Below the pieces are notes generated by a model, which saw only the letters and a program-made list of their open reading frames with translations, was not told the DNA's origin and made no database searches. DNA of 64,000 bases, from contig NW_027437436.1 of NCBI RefSeq assembly GCF_964204645.1, positions 62,001 to 126,000 on the forward strand. Direction: 5' to 3'. The position numbers were made by a program, and so were the translations under genes. The number at the start of each line of letters is the position of its first letter. Position 1 is the first letter of the stretch. This document shows positions 9,750-22,146 of the stretch, in pieces. The stretch comes from Tubulanus polymorphus (taxonomy: Eukaryota > Animalia > Nemertea).

Positions 9750-12700
9750 TTAACACGTTAGAATCCTTTTCATAATCTCATTTTCTTTTGTTTCTTCTCT
9801 TTTGAATTTTATATATTCATCTAAATTGCAACCATACGTGACTGTGTGGATTCCATCATCTAAAATATATCTTTTATCATCAAATGGGTTTAGACTTATC
9901 TTCTCTATCTCTTCAATATACATTTCATGATCTTCAGATCTTAAACATTTCATTTTATGTTTTCTAACTTCTTCATTAAATATACAATTGATGTAATCTT
10001 TGAAATGAATATTCTTTTCTACTACACTTTTGGTTATTCCTTTTAACTTTTTAGCTTCATGTTCTTTAGTTTTATATGAATACATTTTAGATCTAATACC
10101 TATGAACTCTATCATTTCTTCACCGCCTAATTCATCCTTAAACTTCCCAGGAACTTTTTTATTATCATTGCTAAACAATTCATGATCTTTGGGATAGTTA
10201 CTGAAATCAAAATGATGATTTAATATTTTTAAATCATCTTTTATATTATCACTTTTTATCTATAATATGTAAGAATCTGTATCAAAGTATAGAATTTCTA
10301 TATGTTTTTCCCCAAAATGGGGTTGCAATACATTATAATAGAATTCATACATCAATAGCTTTGAAATTTCTAAAACTGCAGCTCCAACATAAATAGGTTT
10401 ATTGAACTTCATAGAAGTTCTTTTTAATTTAACTGCTGCTAAATTTTCATCGAATATTCTATTACCTATAAATTTCGGATACGATTGTAAATGTCTAATT
10501 CTTTTACCATTACTAACTAACTCAATATCATTTCTATTTCTAATATTTTCACATGTTTTTCCATAGAACGCATTATTCATTAGTTTAAAGTAATCTTTTT
10601 CAAAATCAGTTTTAGCTTCAGTTCTCTGTGTAGTATTAAAATCTATATATTTTTCTAACCACTTAGATTGATTAAATGAAATATATCTATGTACTTTTTT
10701 TAATATCATTCCTTGTCTCAAATAAAACTTCAACATTCTATAATGTACAACATAATTATATTTATCTTCTTGAGTTACCATTAACTTTTCAGTATGAATA
10801 TGATTATCGGGTTTAATTCTTTTTTGATAATTTGATAATTCTTCATGTTTAACAATTTTATGTTCGGGACAATATGCTAGATTTCTAGATTTAAATTTAA
10901 TATTTTCGGGGTATTCTAAATCTACAACGAAGAAGTAACCAATATCTGAATCATCTGCAATATCTAGGATTCTTTTCTTCCAATCAAATTTATCAATTTG
11001 TAAAACTTCAGTTAATTCAAACATCCCATAAGGTTGTGGTTCCATCATTGCCCAACCATAAAGATTATTTGCATCTATGTATAATAATTTATATCCAGGA
11101 TTATCATTTACATTGAAATATCTATCACCCAATACACCTGAAACACCTCCTCTTATAGATTTTTCAAATAATAGTAATTGATCTATATTTGTTAACAAAT
11201 CCATTTTTATATCTGTAAATTTTAAACCACAATCCCATGTTAATCCTGGGCTAGAATAACAATGACAAGGATCAATATTGAAATATTTTAGGTTTACATC
11301 TCTAAACCTTTCAAATATATCAGTTAATAATAATACATCTGATTTTAAATATAAATCTACTAATTGTCCATGATTTTCTATTTTGAAATGATTCCAAATA
11401 TTCAATGTTCTATTATAAACTTCATCTTTAACATATTCATTTTTTAATTCATCAGAGAATTGTTCTTTCAATAATTCAGTTATTTTAAAATCATTATGAT
11501 TTTTATAGAAAGAATATGGAATTGCACCTTTATATCTCATTAATTTAAAATCATCATAATTTGGGTAATATTCTTTTAATATCTTTAATTCATCATCAAC
11601 TAATGATTTTGATAAATTATCTAATGAACTATTTAAAAATCTATATGAATCTATAAATCTTAAACAACCAAATTGGAATGATATATAATTCTCAGATGTT
11701 TTAGCTAACATTCTAAATTTATAAGTTGGTATTTTATCTTTTGATCTATTTGAATTTAATATTTCTATTTCATTATTAATTTCTTCTATTTTATGACACA
11801 GTTGCTTAATGAATAAATGCGCGTCATACCCCGATAAATTGTGAAATATAATGGGGACAAAATTTACTTTTTTGGCTTGCAAATTACAATTCTCATGTGC
11901 AGCGCCTCTAAACTTTCCATTCAAATGATCATGGTCTCTTACTTTTTTATCTTTATAATTAAATAGTTTTTCACAATAATAACATTTATCTGCAAACTCA
12001 AATGCTTCTTTATCTTCTTCTGTCATTATAATTTCTATATTTGTATTCAATAATTTACTAAATCTTATTTCATATTCAATTAATAAGTCACAAAAATGAT
12101 TGATAACATTTTCATTTCTATAATGATAATATTCACTTTCAATTAGTTCTGGATAATCAGATTTAATATATAACCCGAAAGCAGCAGCTGATTGATGAAT
12201 CTTTTTAATTGTATTTGTTTTTGGTGGTTCATCTGAATAATCACTTTCATTAGAATTTAATTTCTTTCTTTTATAATATATATCTTTTCTATCTTTATCT
12301 GTTAATTCTTTATTTAATGATTCAAAATCTCCATATATTACAAATGGTACTTTATTTTTGTAATCATATTTTTTGAATTCTAATATTCTATCTTTTTCAT
12401 TTGGTAAAACTAATTTACAATAATCATGATTATCACATAGTTGTTTATGATTTAATAATGTACTTTCATTACTGAATTTATGTAAACATTTTCTACATAG
12501 ATATATTTTATTATGGTGATCACTTTCTGTTCTAAAAAATAAATCGATTTGTTTAATCCACATATAATGATTCTCATAATATAGTATATCTATAACATTA
12601 TTTGAATCATAATCTTTTGATAGATATAAAGGTTCTAATGTATAATGTTTAATATTATTTCCTTTTGTATTTGGTAATTTAATTAAATCAAATACATTTA

Positions 12701-13779
12701 TCTTTAAATTATTATCTCTTTCTATTTTGGGGATGTTTTTAATTCTAACAGGATACTTATCTATCTTATAATTATTTTCAAATTGTTTATAATGAGTTAA
12801 TCTAAAACTATGTGTAATATCTTCTGTTGGGTGTAAACAACTTATTATAGCCCATATAAAACATTTATTATCAAAATTTTGTATATTTATTACACCATTA
12901 GTTTTAAATGGTAGTTTAATATAACTTGTTCCATTTATACTATCATCTTTATAATATGATAAATTATTTTCATCAATTGGTTTTGATTTAGTTAACTTAT
13001 TATATTTTGTGTTATAAACATGTAAAGTTATAAATATTATCTCATCAAATATTAAACCAGATCCTTCAAAATATTTCTCTTCTATTTTAGTTTTTATTTC
13101 ATTATAACATTTATTTAATTTATCATCTATATGTTGTTTAGATATAATATGTTGTGAATGAGAATTTATATTATATATTGGTTTATATTCATTTTATGAA
13201 TTTAACTTTAGAAGATATACTAATTTTAGGATATTCAACATCTGTAATTATTTTTATTATTTCTTTCATATTTTCTAAATGTTTTTTATTTTCTTCTAAT
13301 GTTTTTCCTTTATGAAATTTAAACCTGATAGCTGCTGGACCAATATCACTTTTAAATGCTTCAGTTATCTCTATATCTTTTTTATTATCTAATGAATTAA
13401 TATAATTTCTTACATCTTCCATGTATGGTCTTTTATTGTTTAATTTATTTTTTATTCTTTTAATTGTCTTCTGTTTCTTATCGTTATCATTATCAAAATA
13501 ATCTTCACCTAAAATATCATTATTCTTATTTCTAATATGACTTATAGATTTTAAATGTTCTTTATAATATCTTTTATCACTGAATGATTGATTACATGTA
13601 TCACATTTATATGTTTCCTTTTCATTCTTTAATTCTTCTAATTTAGTTTCTAATATATCATCCTTATATTCTAGTTTCAATTTATTCTCTAAATGTGTTA
13701 TAGTTTTATTGTGTCTTGCTTTTTGAGATTTATCTATATCGATATTACATGTTGGGCAGTAGTACTTATTTGCTTCCAT
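9750..13779 (-). pseudogene. polB: Protein-primed family B DNA polymerase (group-2 Polinton type, ~1340 codons), with a frameshift near 13190 and an in-frame TAG at 10260-10262
   Basis: Joins ORFs 13189-13779 (two C2H2 fingers), an ATG-less open stretch (EGSG...GTSYIKLP...NIQNFDNKCFIWA), 10260-12563 (YGDFES, FHNLSGYDAH, FIDSYRF, YLKSDV, YIDANNLYG, KLMNNAFYGK, YFDTDS) and 9750-10178 (GKFKDE, RSKMYS, KKLKG). Endonuclease VII-like insert CYYC...RDHDHLNGKFRGAAHENCN. Confidence 0.93.
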
Positions 13780-13804
13780 TTTAATACTATATTTTTTATT
13801 AAAA
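13777..13804 (-). promoter_or_regulatory. AATAAAAA-N9-TAAA(A)TG motif upstream of PolB (also at starts 2681, 9721, 23423 and 27054)
   Basis: The same 9-nt spacing at all four distinct genes. Confidence 0.7.
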
Positions 13805-13861
13805 TTGATTTTAGAAGTTCAATGATTTAAATGTTATTCATATATATATGAATATTTTAAG

Positions 13862-14267
13862 AGTAATAGGGGTAATAGGCTTTCATATCAAAGGTTTAAT
13901 GATCGAGTTCATTAATAACATATATTAAAAGTAATTAAAAAACTATAATATATTTTCATAACCGCGTGCATTTCAGTTGAATAATAGAATAATTATTATC
14001 ATTTGAATATATTTGATTATTTGAATTTGTGTATTGTAATTAAATCAATTGGTCGCGGAGCGGAGCGGTAGCGAAGTGGAGCGACCAATTGATTTAATAC
14101 AATATGCTTTTTATATTATTGATATCTTATAATAAATATTTAGTTTTGATATAAAATGCACGCGGTTATGAAAATATATTATAGTTTTTTAATTACTTTT
14201 AATATTTTGTTTTTTAATGGGCTCGACCGTTCGACCTTTGGTATGAAAGCCTATTACCCCTATTACT
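13862..14267. repeat. Polinton right terminus forming a 406-bp imperfect palindrome
   Basis: AGTAATAGGGGTAATAGGCTTTCAT...(13862) pairs with ...ATGAAAGCCTATTACCCCTATTACT (14267) over about 110 bp; inner stem ATTAAATCAATTGGTCGC/GCGACCAATTGATTTAAT around a GC-rich loop. Confidence 0.9.
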
Positions 14268-14879
14268 TACATCACTAAAAATCCCCCAAAACGGCATAAA
14301 ATTGCCAATTTACCCAATTTAGGCATCATCAATAACCTTCAAAAGCAGCCGCCACTTAGCTGCCATTATAACAGCCAATTTAATACAGACCTTGGCCCGT
14401 GAATCATTTTACACTCGGATGATATAGCGGTAAACACGAATTTAATACTCCGTTTGATACTATTAGATATTGATCGGCAGAAATTATGCATCGGTTTTCG
14501 GAACATAAACAAAGACCTCTTGGTGACTGTATGATAAGCCCATGAAAATAATTTCATTATCAGTGCCACAGCCTCCCCTATTCAATGAAGAAGAGACAAA
14601 GTTGTTTTTATTGTCTAGAAAATTTTGTTAAATTCGCTCATTTATCGATGATATCGATCGGCTTATTGATTACTCCGACTTGTTATGACAAATGGATTAA
14701 TACGTGTTATTAACAATTCATTTGCCTGTGCGAACAATTTCACTGGTAGCTGAGAACGAGGGTCATAACGTAATATTCCCGGTATGCAAATGAGGTTGCC
14801 AGATCGCCAGAACGAAAACTAGGTGTCCAGGGACACCATGCCCGCTCAAGAAGTGGTTTCAAATGCTCAACAATCTAAC

Positions 14880-15591
14880 AAATTCAAAATTCAACACCCC
14901 TGGTGCCATATAACAACACAAATGTCGTCTAAACTCACCACAATCATAGAACATGTCAGCAGCGGCGATTTTGTAATTGATTGTGATAAAATATCCGTAG
15001 GTACCAATGTAATATGGAAATACTAAGTCATTCTACTATTTGACGCCCCCTGGTGACCATATGCAAAACCCATTGATCTTGAAACTCACCACACTCATAG
15101 AACATGTCATGAGCTACTACTTTGCAATTTATCGTGGTAACAAAATATGCCTAGGTACCAATATAATAAGGAAATACTAAGTTATTCTACTATTCAACGC
15201 CCCCTAGTGACCATATGGAATAACTAATGACCTTGAATGTCATCAAAATCAGTGTCTATGTCATAAACTAATACAAAAACCAATGACCTTGAAACTCACC
15301 ACAATCATAGAAAATGGTATGAGTTACAACTTTCCAATTGATTGTGGTAACGATATATGCTTAGGTATCAATATCATGTAGAAAAAAAATTTTTCCTCCT
15401 CGAATGAGTAGTGATCACACCAAGATGACCGCCAACCGCGTGATAATTGGCTGATCAAAAATTCCTTTCTCAGGTATTATTCCTTTTCCACAGAATACCC
15501 ATCAAAATTGCAATGAAAAATGGTGGACAAACGACGGACGAAAAGTGAACGCAATAGCCTGCTGGGACCAAAGTCCCAAGTGGACTAAAAA
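14880..15591 (+). mobile_element. Helentron/HINE-like non-autonomous element with ~150-bp internal tandem repeats
   Basis: 3-4 copies of ATTCAACRCCCCCTGGTG...AAACTCACCACAATCATAGAA, then GACGGACGAAAAGTGAACGCAATAGC, a GGGAC-CAAA-GTCCC hairpin and ACTAAAAA. Related pieces at ~16290-16460, ~20380 and ~57900. Confidence 0.5.
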
Positions 15592-17829
15592 CATCATTTT
15601 TCCTTTAAAAGGTCAGTTTATGAATAATGCCGTATATCGGACTTGGGCCGAAAGTTCGTCACGTGATTGACCAAAATGCTATTAATTTAATTTTCCCTTT
15701 ATTGATCTACAGTTAAAGGAGCAATCAAAAATCAAACGGCAATTCTGTTTCAATTATCCATTTTATCAGACAATAATTATGTATCCATATCGAAGATACG
15801 ACGGTACGTAGGGGAGGCCTAGTCGTATCAGGAGTTTTGTCTCATATTTGATATGTATGTTTTAGAAATACCGGTTTACTAATTGATAATTTTCTGCTTT
15901 GACTGTTTGGTGGTGGTTGTTAGATCTTCCAACTTTTGGTGTACCTGGCATCCTGTTAAACAAAGTTTAATGGCTTGAGAGACAATGTGTTTATCGATCT
16001 TCCTATTTCCCTTTAAGCATCCGCTGCATTCATTAACCCAACAAAACCCAAGTCTAAACTTGGAGGCCTATTAGTTAATGGCCATTAGGTGATAGGTGGG
16101 CTCATAGGTGAGCTACAAGACCATTGGCGAGTTAAAAGACCATCTTTTATTACTGCTTCATTGTAACCGTTTCGATGTTAATTGTGTTAGTAATCAATTC
16201 GTTTGCCAGTTCTAGTATATGCATTAACTGCAATTTTATCTCAATTTTATTGTTATGGTTATATGGAAATACTATATATGTTTATATGGCTATTCAATAC
16301 CCCCTGGTGACCGTATACAAAAAACCAATGACCTCGAAACTCAAACACAATCATACGACAAGCTTCAACGATTGATTGTAGTAATAATTTATGCATACCA
16401 ATAGACAAATTGTATCAATATTCAATATCTAACCCCCCCTGGTGGCAAGAACAAAACATTGACTGATTCCAAATTCCATGTAAGGAGATGAATACTACGA
16501 CGGTGCGAATAATAATCAATCAAGTATAAAAGTATAAAAACTGTTTAATGTCAAAAACCTGTTGTTGGTTTCCTCAAAATATTTTCCATTAGCAAATGCG
16601 TACTAATGACGCTGGGATGACATTGCTATTGACCAGATTAGTCAAAAGAAGAATTTCACATTGCATTTCTCATGAAGTGGATTAATTTCATTGTTCACAA
16701 TTGTTTCACATTACCAGGTAGTTTTCTTTTTTAATCTTGAAGTAGGGATATGCCCTGTTATTTATTTAATTGGTAGATGTCGTTAGCATTTTATAATTTG
16801 GTATCCCTTTACCAACCCACCACACCTGTCGGGAATGAAAACAGGGGGTTTGATGTTTGAAATCAGAAATCGAAGTACAAATGTAGTCCCGTGATCGGCG
16901 GTCGAGTTGTTTGAATCGAAGTACATAATTGGGAAATTCGGTTCTGGTTCATTCGAACAATCTCCAATCGGTCTGAACCGGCAAGCGATTGTACCCCAGA
17001 TTTCTCACTAGCCAATTATACCCCAAACGATTTGCCATTAGTGTAAAAAAATATAAAAATAATATCATTGATGAAAACATTTTCATTCTTACCACAAACA
17101 TCTTTGATCGCAAAACGGTACAGGTCGGCCACTCCCATTTCTGTAACACAGAACATCAAGACAGTACTATTTACATTTATTCAGGAGTTACAAAGATACA
17201 ATTTATGACAATATCTGAATAAATGTTAGATACTCCTACTACAAACCTGTCCTTGTTTTATCGCTAACTTCCAGTTTGTTGATTTGTCTTACGAGGTTTT
17301 CTGAAAATTTAATGTTTAATACGTTTACAGTTGTTGGCCCTCGTGCCCGATAGATTCATAGATTAACTGAACACTCACCATTCTGTTGTCTGACTTCTTT
17401 ATCAAGTGTTTCCCTCACTAACTTTTCTATGAAGATACAGTCACATGCCAGCTATAATTGAACCGCATAGTCTCAGCACCAGTTTGAACATCATAGTGAA
17501 TATTATGACTTACCAGCAATTTTAACAGTAGCTGAAATATAGAGAAAATGTATTAAGCACAGAACTTACGGATACTACAGCGAACGCACATGTACAGTAC
17601 AGTACAGTACAGTACGTACAGTAGATTATAGAGCACATGTATTTATAAACTCAGTTGAGGATAAATGAGAATTAAAACCTACGTTTAATGTTTAATATTC
17701 CTCGATCACATAATTCAGCATCTACAGTAAAAATAAACACGACCCGCTATTCAATGATTCCACAAAAAACTCTAGTATTTTTACTGAACTGATTTGTTGA
17801 ACCTACCAGACATTTTAGCAAACCAATTA

Positions 17830-18181
17830 ACCACTCACTCCTCTTCCCTCCTTATACTCTTACCAGACAAAGCCCTTACCACTCACCACTGACTTTTCAC
17901 TACTCTTACCACTCACTGCCCTTACCTTTCCCTACTCTCATCAATCACTACTCTAAGCACTCACCCCTCTTACCACTCACTCCTTTTACCTCTCACCACT
18001 CTTACCTGTCACTACTCTTACCAAACACTGCTCTTACTCTTACCTCCAACTCCTCTTACATCTTACTACGCTTACCTCTCACTACTCTTACCTCTCAATC
18101 CTCTTCCACTCACTACTCCTCTTACCTCTAACTCATTTACCTCTCACCACTTTTACCTCTCACCACTCACTACTCTTACCT
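17830..18181. repeat. Degenerate C/T-rich minisatellite (CACTACTCTTAC-like)
   Basis: Visible low-complexity tandem units. Confidence 0.8.
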
Positions 18182-19359
18182 TGTTTATCCATATCTCTCG
18201 ATAACTCCCAATCAACATCAGTTCCGAAAACATCAATAATTATTTCAACCATTTCTATGAGAGAAAAATTGATGATAAATTCTCGTTTGAAATGAATTCG
18301 TCGATGTTACAAACAGTCATCGGATTTCAAAATGAATTTTCTGATTTTATATTGTTTGATCATTATTCTATGTCTCAGATGTTTTAACAGATCAACACAA
18401 ACATTAGCTACATATATTCATAATAAATAAACCTAAACAAAATACATAATTGATCCGAAATACAAAATGGCCATCAGTCAGCCATCTTGATTCTGATTGC
18501 GTCACTGTTTGAACTGCATATATATCTAGCATAAATATAAAGGTTATGGTTAAGTAGGAATTTATTCTATGAATACAGACATCAGCCCTATGTGTTCTGC
18601 TGGCTAATAAAAGCGAAAAGTATCATGATCTTGGAATGAATGTCCCAACTACATTAAAATGTGGAAAATGCTGCATTTGTGCTGATGAAGCAATTTCTGT
18701 CAGGCCTATACTTTAGAAGGTGGGATCGGGGGCTCAGAAAATTGTAGGAAAATGAAGTTAAACTCTCTTCCCGAATAAGCTGGAAGTTGTGAAATTACTT
18801 CTCGATTTGCATCTTAATTTCAAACATTTTCAAAGACCCGACATAAGCATTGGACACTTTTACAAGAAAAGGGTTCCACTTCCATGAAAATCAAATCTCC
18901 CCAAAGACAAAGGCTGGTTACGGGCCTGCTGTTGGATATCATTCTGAATTATAAGCAACGGATATTGTTTCATTACATTAGGGGATCAGGTACTGGGTTA
19001 ATACTAAAAATACCTGGCTGCAGTTGGTCACGTGTCTTCACCCAATTCTCATGATCTACAAAGAAAACAACACCTAAAATTGTCAAACCGATATCCGAGA
19101 ATATGTGCAGTAAAACATGTAAGAGAATCTTACCTTTTTCACACCAGGTCTCACTTGTCCAACGTAACAATCCAATCACATCTTCAGATTTCTGACCCAA
19201 ACACGTGACTGTTAATTAGATGCAACATGATGCACATTCACCTGACAAATCAGCCCATTAAAGTAATGGTGCGTTGGAGCCATCGGGAAGAGAAAGGCGC
19301 GGATACTGATGCCATGAGACAATTGAACTTATCATAAGGTAATAAGGTTAAAGCCCACT

Positions 19360-19535
19360 AGTACAAATTAAAAGAATTTTAAAAACGAGAATTTTATTTA
19401 TTCAAAAATCTTATATATGAAATAGACGACGTTTCGATCTCAAACAAGAGATCAACGTCAGGTATCGTGTATTTTAGATTTTAGATTTTTTGAATGAATA
19501 AAATTTTCGATTTTAAAATTCTTTTTATTTTGTAC
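19360..19535 (-). mobile_element. Penelope-like element end in inverted arrangement, with a hammerhead-like motif
   Basis: Minus strand CCTGACGTTGATCTC...GAGATCGAAACGTCG (19427-19462), flanked by inverted AT-rich arms; same family as 62757-62860. Confidence 0.6.
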
Positions 19536-19648
19536 ATAGGTTTTTGCGTGTGGTTATTGTACTATTATCATGAGGTATTCATCACCACGCTATGAATTAG
19601 AAATAATGCAGTATCTTATTTTTACAGTTTATTGATTATCTTTTCTTA

Positions 19649-19990
19649 AGCCGCGATCACAATAAACAATTTTGACCCGTACACAATTGGCACAGAACTA
19701 CTGACCACGTTGGCACCAATGGACTAAAAATGTTGGACCGGGCCCGATTTTAGCACGGGACAAATAATTAGCCGCGTGCACGTTTTCGTCTCGGAACGGG
19801 TGCCAAATGGGCCTGATGTTAGGACGTTGTTCCGGGCCAAATTTTTAAAACGGGACAGATGAATGCATTTGAATTGCAACTAGTTCCGGAAGTGACTCGT
19901 TTCGCTTTGTTTGTGCATTGTTTAGTATCGCTTTCTCATTTGACTCCAGCAAAGCGTCTCGGTTTGATCGCAACCTCAGATTTAATGGTG
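19649..19990. mobile_element. Degenerate copy of the AGCCGCGATCACAC MITE family
   Basis: Shares its terminus and internal TTTGAATTGCAACTAG...TTCGCTTTGTTTG with 39501-39826. Confidence 0.55.
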
Positions 19991-20008
19991 GTTTCATGTA
20001 AAACTTAC

Positions 20009-20773
20009 GGCAGCCACGACGCCACAGTATAAACAATACCAGAATTAGTATTATCAGAATCAGTAATATCAGTATACCGACTACAACACCAAACACTCTT
20101 CCTCCATTCCATCCACCTGGAATTTAAATTTAAATCAATCAGCAATTGCATTAAATCATTGATTTAATTAGCTAGTTATAATTCTACTGTTTGTAGCTAA
20201 TGATAAAAGTAACACACATGATGGGAAGATTCGCAAAAGTTTATTAGAATATTTTAGCAATGTAACAAACGAATATTAGGTTTTTCGGCTATTCAACGTC
20301 TCCTTCAACGTCAGCTTTGCAATTGATTTTGGTAACAATATATTATGTACCAATATAAATAGACAAATTGTATGTAACTCGGTATTCAACTCCCCCTGGA
20401 GGCGAGAACAAAAACCTGGGTGATTTCGCTCGGACCAATTCTTGTTCTGCTAGTTCCGATCAGGTCATCTTCGGTTAAACACGATTCAAGGATGCTTGCA
20501 TAATCCAAACATAAAGACAATCCATTGAAGCGTTTTCAAAATTTTTTATTGAAAATGACGTTCTTTATGTAGTTTGAAATCAGCTTTGAACTTGTACGTC
20601 GTGTCAAAACCATTGTGTCCCATTGTTCAGAACCTCTTGTCTCCTGTTGGTATATTACTGTAGGATCGGGCCTCCCACCTTCTGTTCTAAAATATATTTT
20701 ACAACTTCACCTTGTGTTCTTATTTCAGGTTTTGTGGTGGAATTATCTTGGGTTTGAACGTCATTGGGAAAAT
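20009..20773 (-). pseudogene. Degraded paralog of the Ig-domain receptor (Ig exon ~20450-20773 with frameshift and stop; TM exon 20009-20116)
   Basis: PDPTVIYQQETRGSEQW matches GNPTVIFQQKRQGSEQW of exon 49536-49856 at DNA and protein level. The AG/GT-bounded TM exon encodes VFGVVVGILILLILIILILVLFILWRRG. Confidence 0.65.
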
Positions 20774-22053
20774 CTGAAACAAACAAAAAATGTAAATCGT
20801 CATCAATTATTTGTTCAATCATTTTATCTTTTTTCACAAATCTACCCGTCAAACTTTCATTTTTACCCGTTTAAACTAAGGCCAAACCAAAAAACCGTTT
20901 CTCGGGCCCGACCGCCCCGATATTTCGTCATTTTAAATAACTATTTTCGAAAGAGAATTAAATTTCCGACTTCACAATTACTTCACAATTGTGGGTGAAG
21001 TTTTTTTTTAAATGTGACCGACCGACTGCAAAACTCTCCATTCTCGTTAATATTTTTTGTCCAATCAAATCGTGATGTCGGCACTGGAATCGATATCTAA
21101 AAATATTTTTTACATCAGTTGAATTCAATTCAACAATTTGACTCTGGAAATGGTACAGCTGTGCTCAGACAACTTTGCTAGTAAGACAAAATGCCGACCG
21201 CAGAATATAAACCGCAGAATGTATTAAAACTATATTTTTCTGCGATAAAACTGATAAACTGATAAAACTGATAAAAATGGGATAATTGTGCCAGGTAAGA
21301 CAAATTATGGGCCTGCAACACGCCAACAGACGTTTGGAGATGTTTATACGGAGATCGGCAGCGGACACTTAAATGAGTATGAGCTCACGAGGTCAAGTAT
21401 TGTGTCGTCCTCGTCGTCAAAATCAGAACCCTATCACAATCGTCCCAAGAAATGCCGCTGAGCCTTCTCAGGCAATTTGGTGGCGACCACATTAATTATA
21501 TTGTATCTAAAGTGATCATTCCGTATGACACTCTCGGTGTTTTGTTCGCTGGGGCTAAAAAAAAAGCCCCGGGAAAGAGGCAAATAAGACAAGAAAAATT
21601 TGATTAAAAATGTTGAAGTGAAAACCAAGTAACAAGAGTTATTCAATGATTTAGTTGATTTATTAGAAGGAATGGAATTTTCGCCGAGCATATTGACTTC
21701 AGTAGAATCCTGCTTGTTCAGGATAGTCAATGTGCTGTATCTTGTCCCGCACATGTTACTCCTCAAAGAGCGGGGCATTTCTTTCACGTAACATTCCTGA
21801 TGGGTAAGGGTTATGGTTAGCTAATGCCAACTTCTTTTCATTATTGTGGTCTTCTAGCGTATCATCATATGTTTTACTGGAAATTTGGTTATCCAAAACG
21901 TTTGAGGTTTCGTTTTGATAGATTAATTCATATAAAATTCGAATTGTAGGACTCCCACTGTATACAGTTACTTATGGTTAGAGTGTTGCGTTCGACCGCT
22001 ACCTTGAGAATAATGCCTTTGTTTTTTAAAAAGGCACTTATATACTAGCATGA

Positions 22054-22146
22054 ATACCCATCTTCAATGGGTTGGAAAATTATGTGTGGCTATGTGCTAT
22101 TTATTAAGCCGCACATAATTTTCCAACCCATCGAACATGGGTATTT
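22054..22146. repeat. ~90-bp foldback (MITE-like)
   Basis: AATACCCAT..ATGGGTTGGAAAATTATGTG.GGCT pairs with AGCCGCACATAATTTTCCAACCCAT..ATGGGTATT. Confidence 0.65.

Larger units (their letters stand above)
1..14267. mobile_element. Polinton/Maverick (adintovirus-like) endogenous virus, right portion; left end outside window
   Basis: Intronless, densely packed, very AT-rich ORFs for integrase, packaging ATPase, MCP, penton and pPolB. Terminus ends ...CCTATTACT (AGT on the other strand), then composition shifts abruptly to host-like DNA after 14267. Confidence 0.95.

Noticed and set aside
6903-13192. Programmed readthrough or frameshifting at the three Polinton lesions
   Set aside because: No slippery heptamer or readthrough context seen; single mutations in a genomic copy are the simpler explanation.
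13801-13808. Mimivirus early promoter AAAATTGA upstream of PolB
   Set aside because: It is on the opposite strand to PolB and is expected by chance in AT-rich DNA.
13862-14267. Independent MITE inserted next to PolB
   Set aside because: No TSD (TTTAAG vs TACATC); the outer end matches the satellite terminus pattern, so it is the Polinton's own end.
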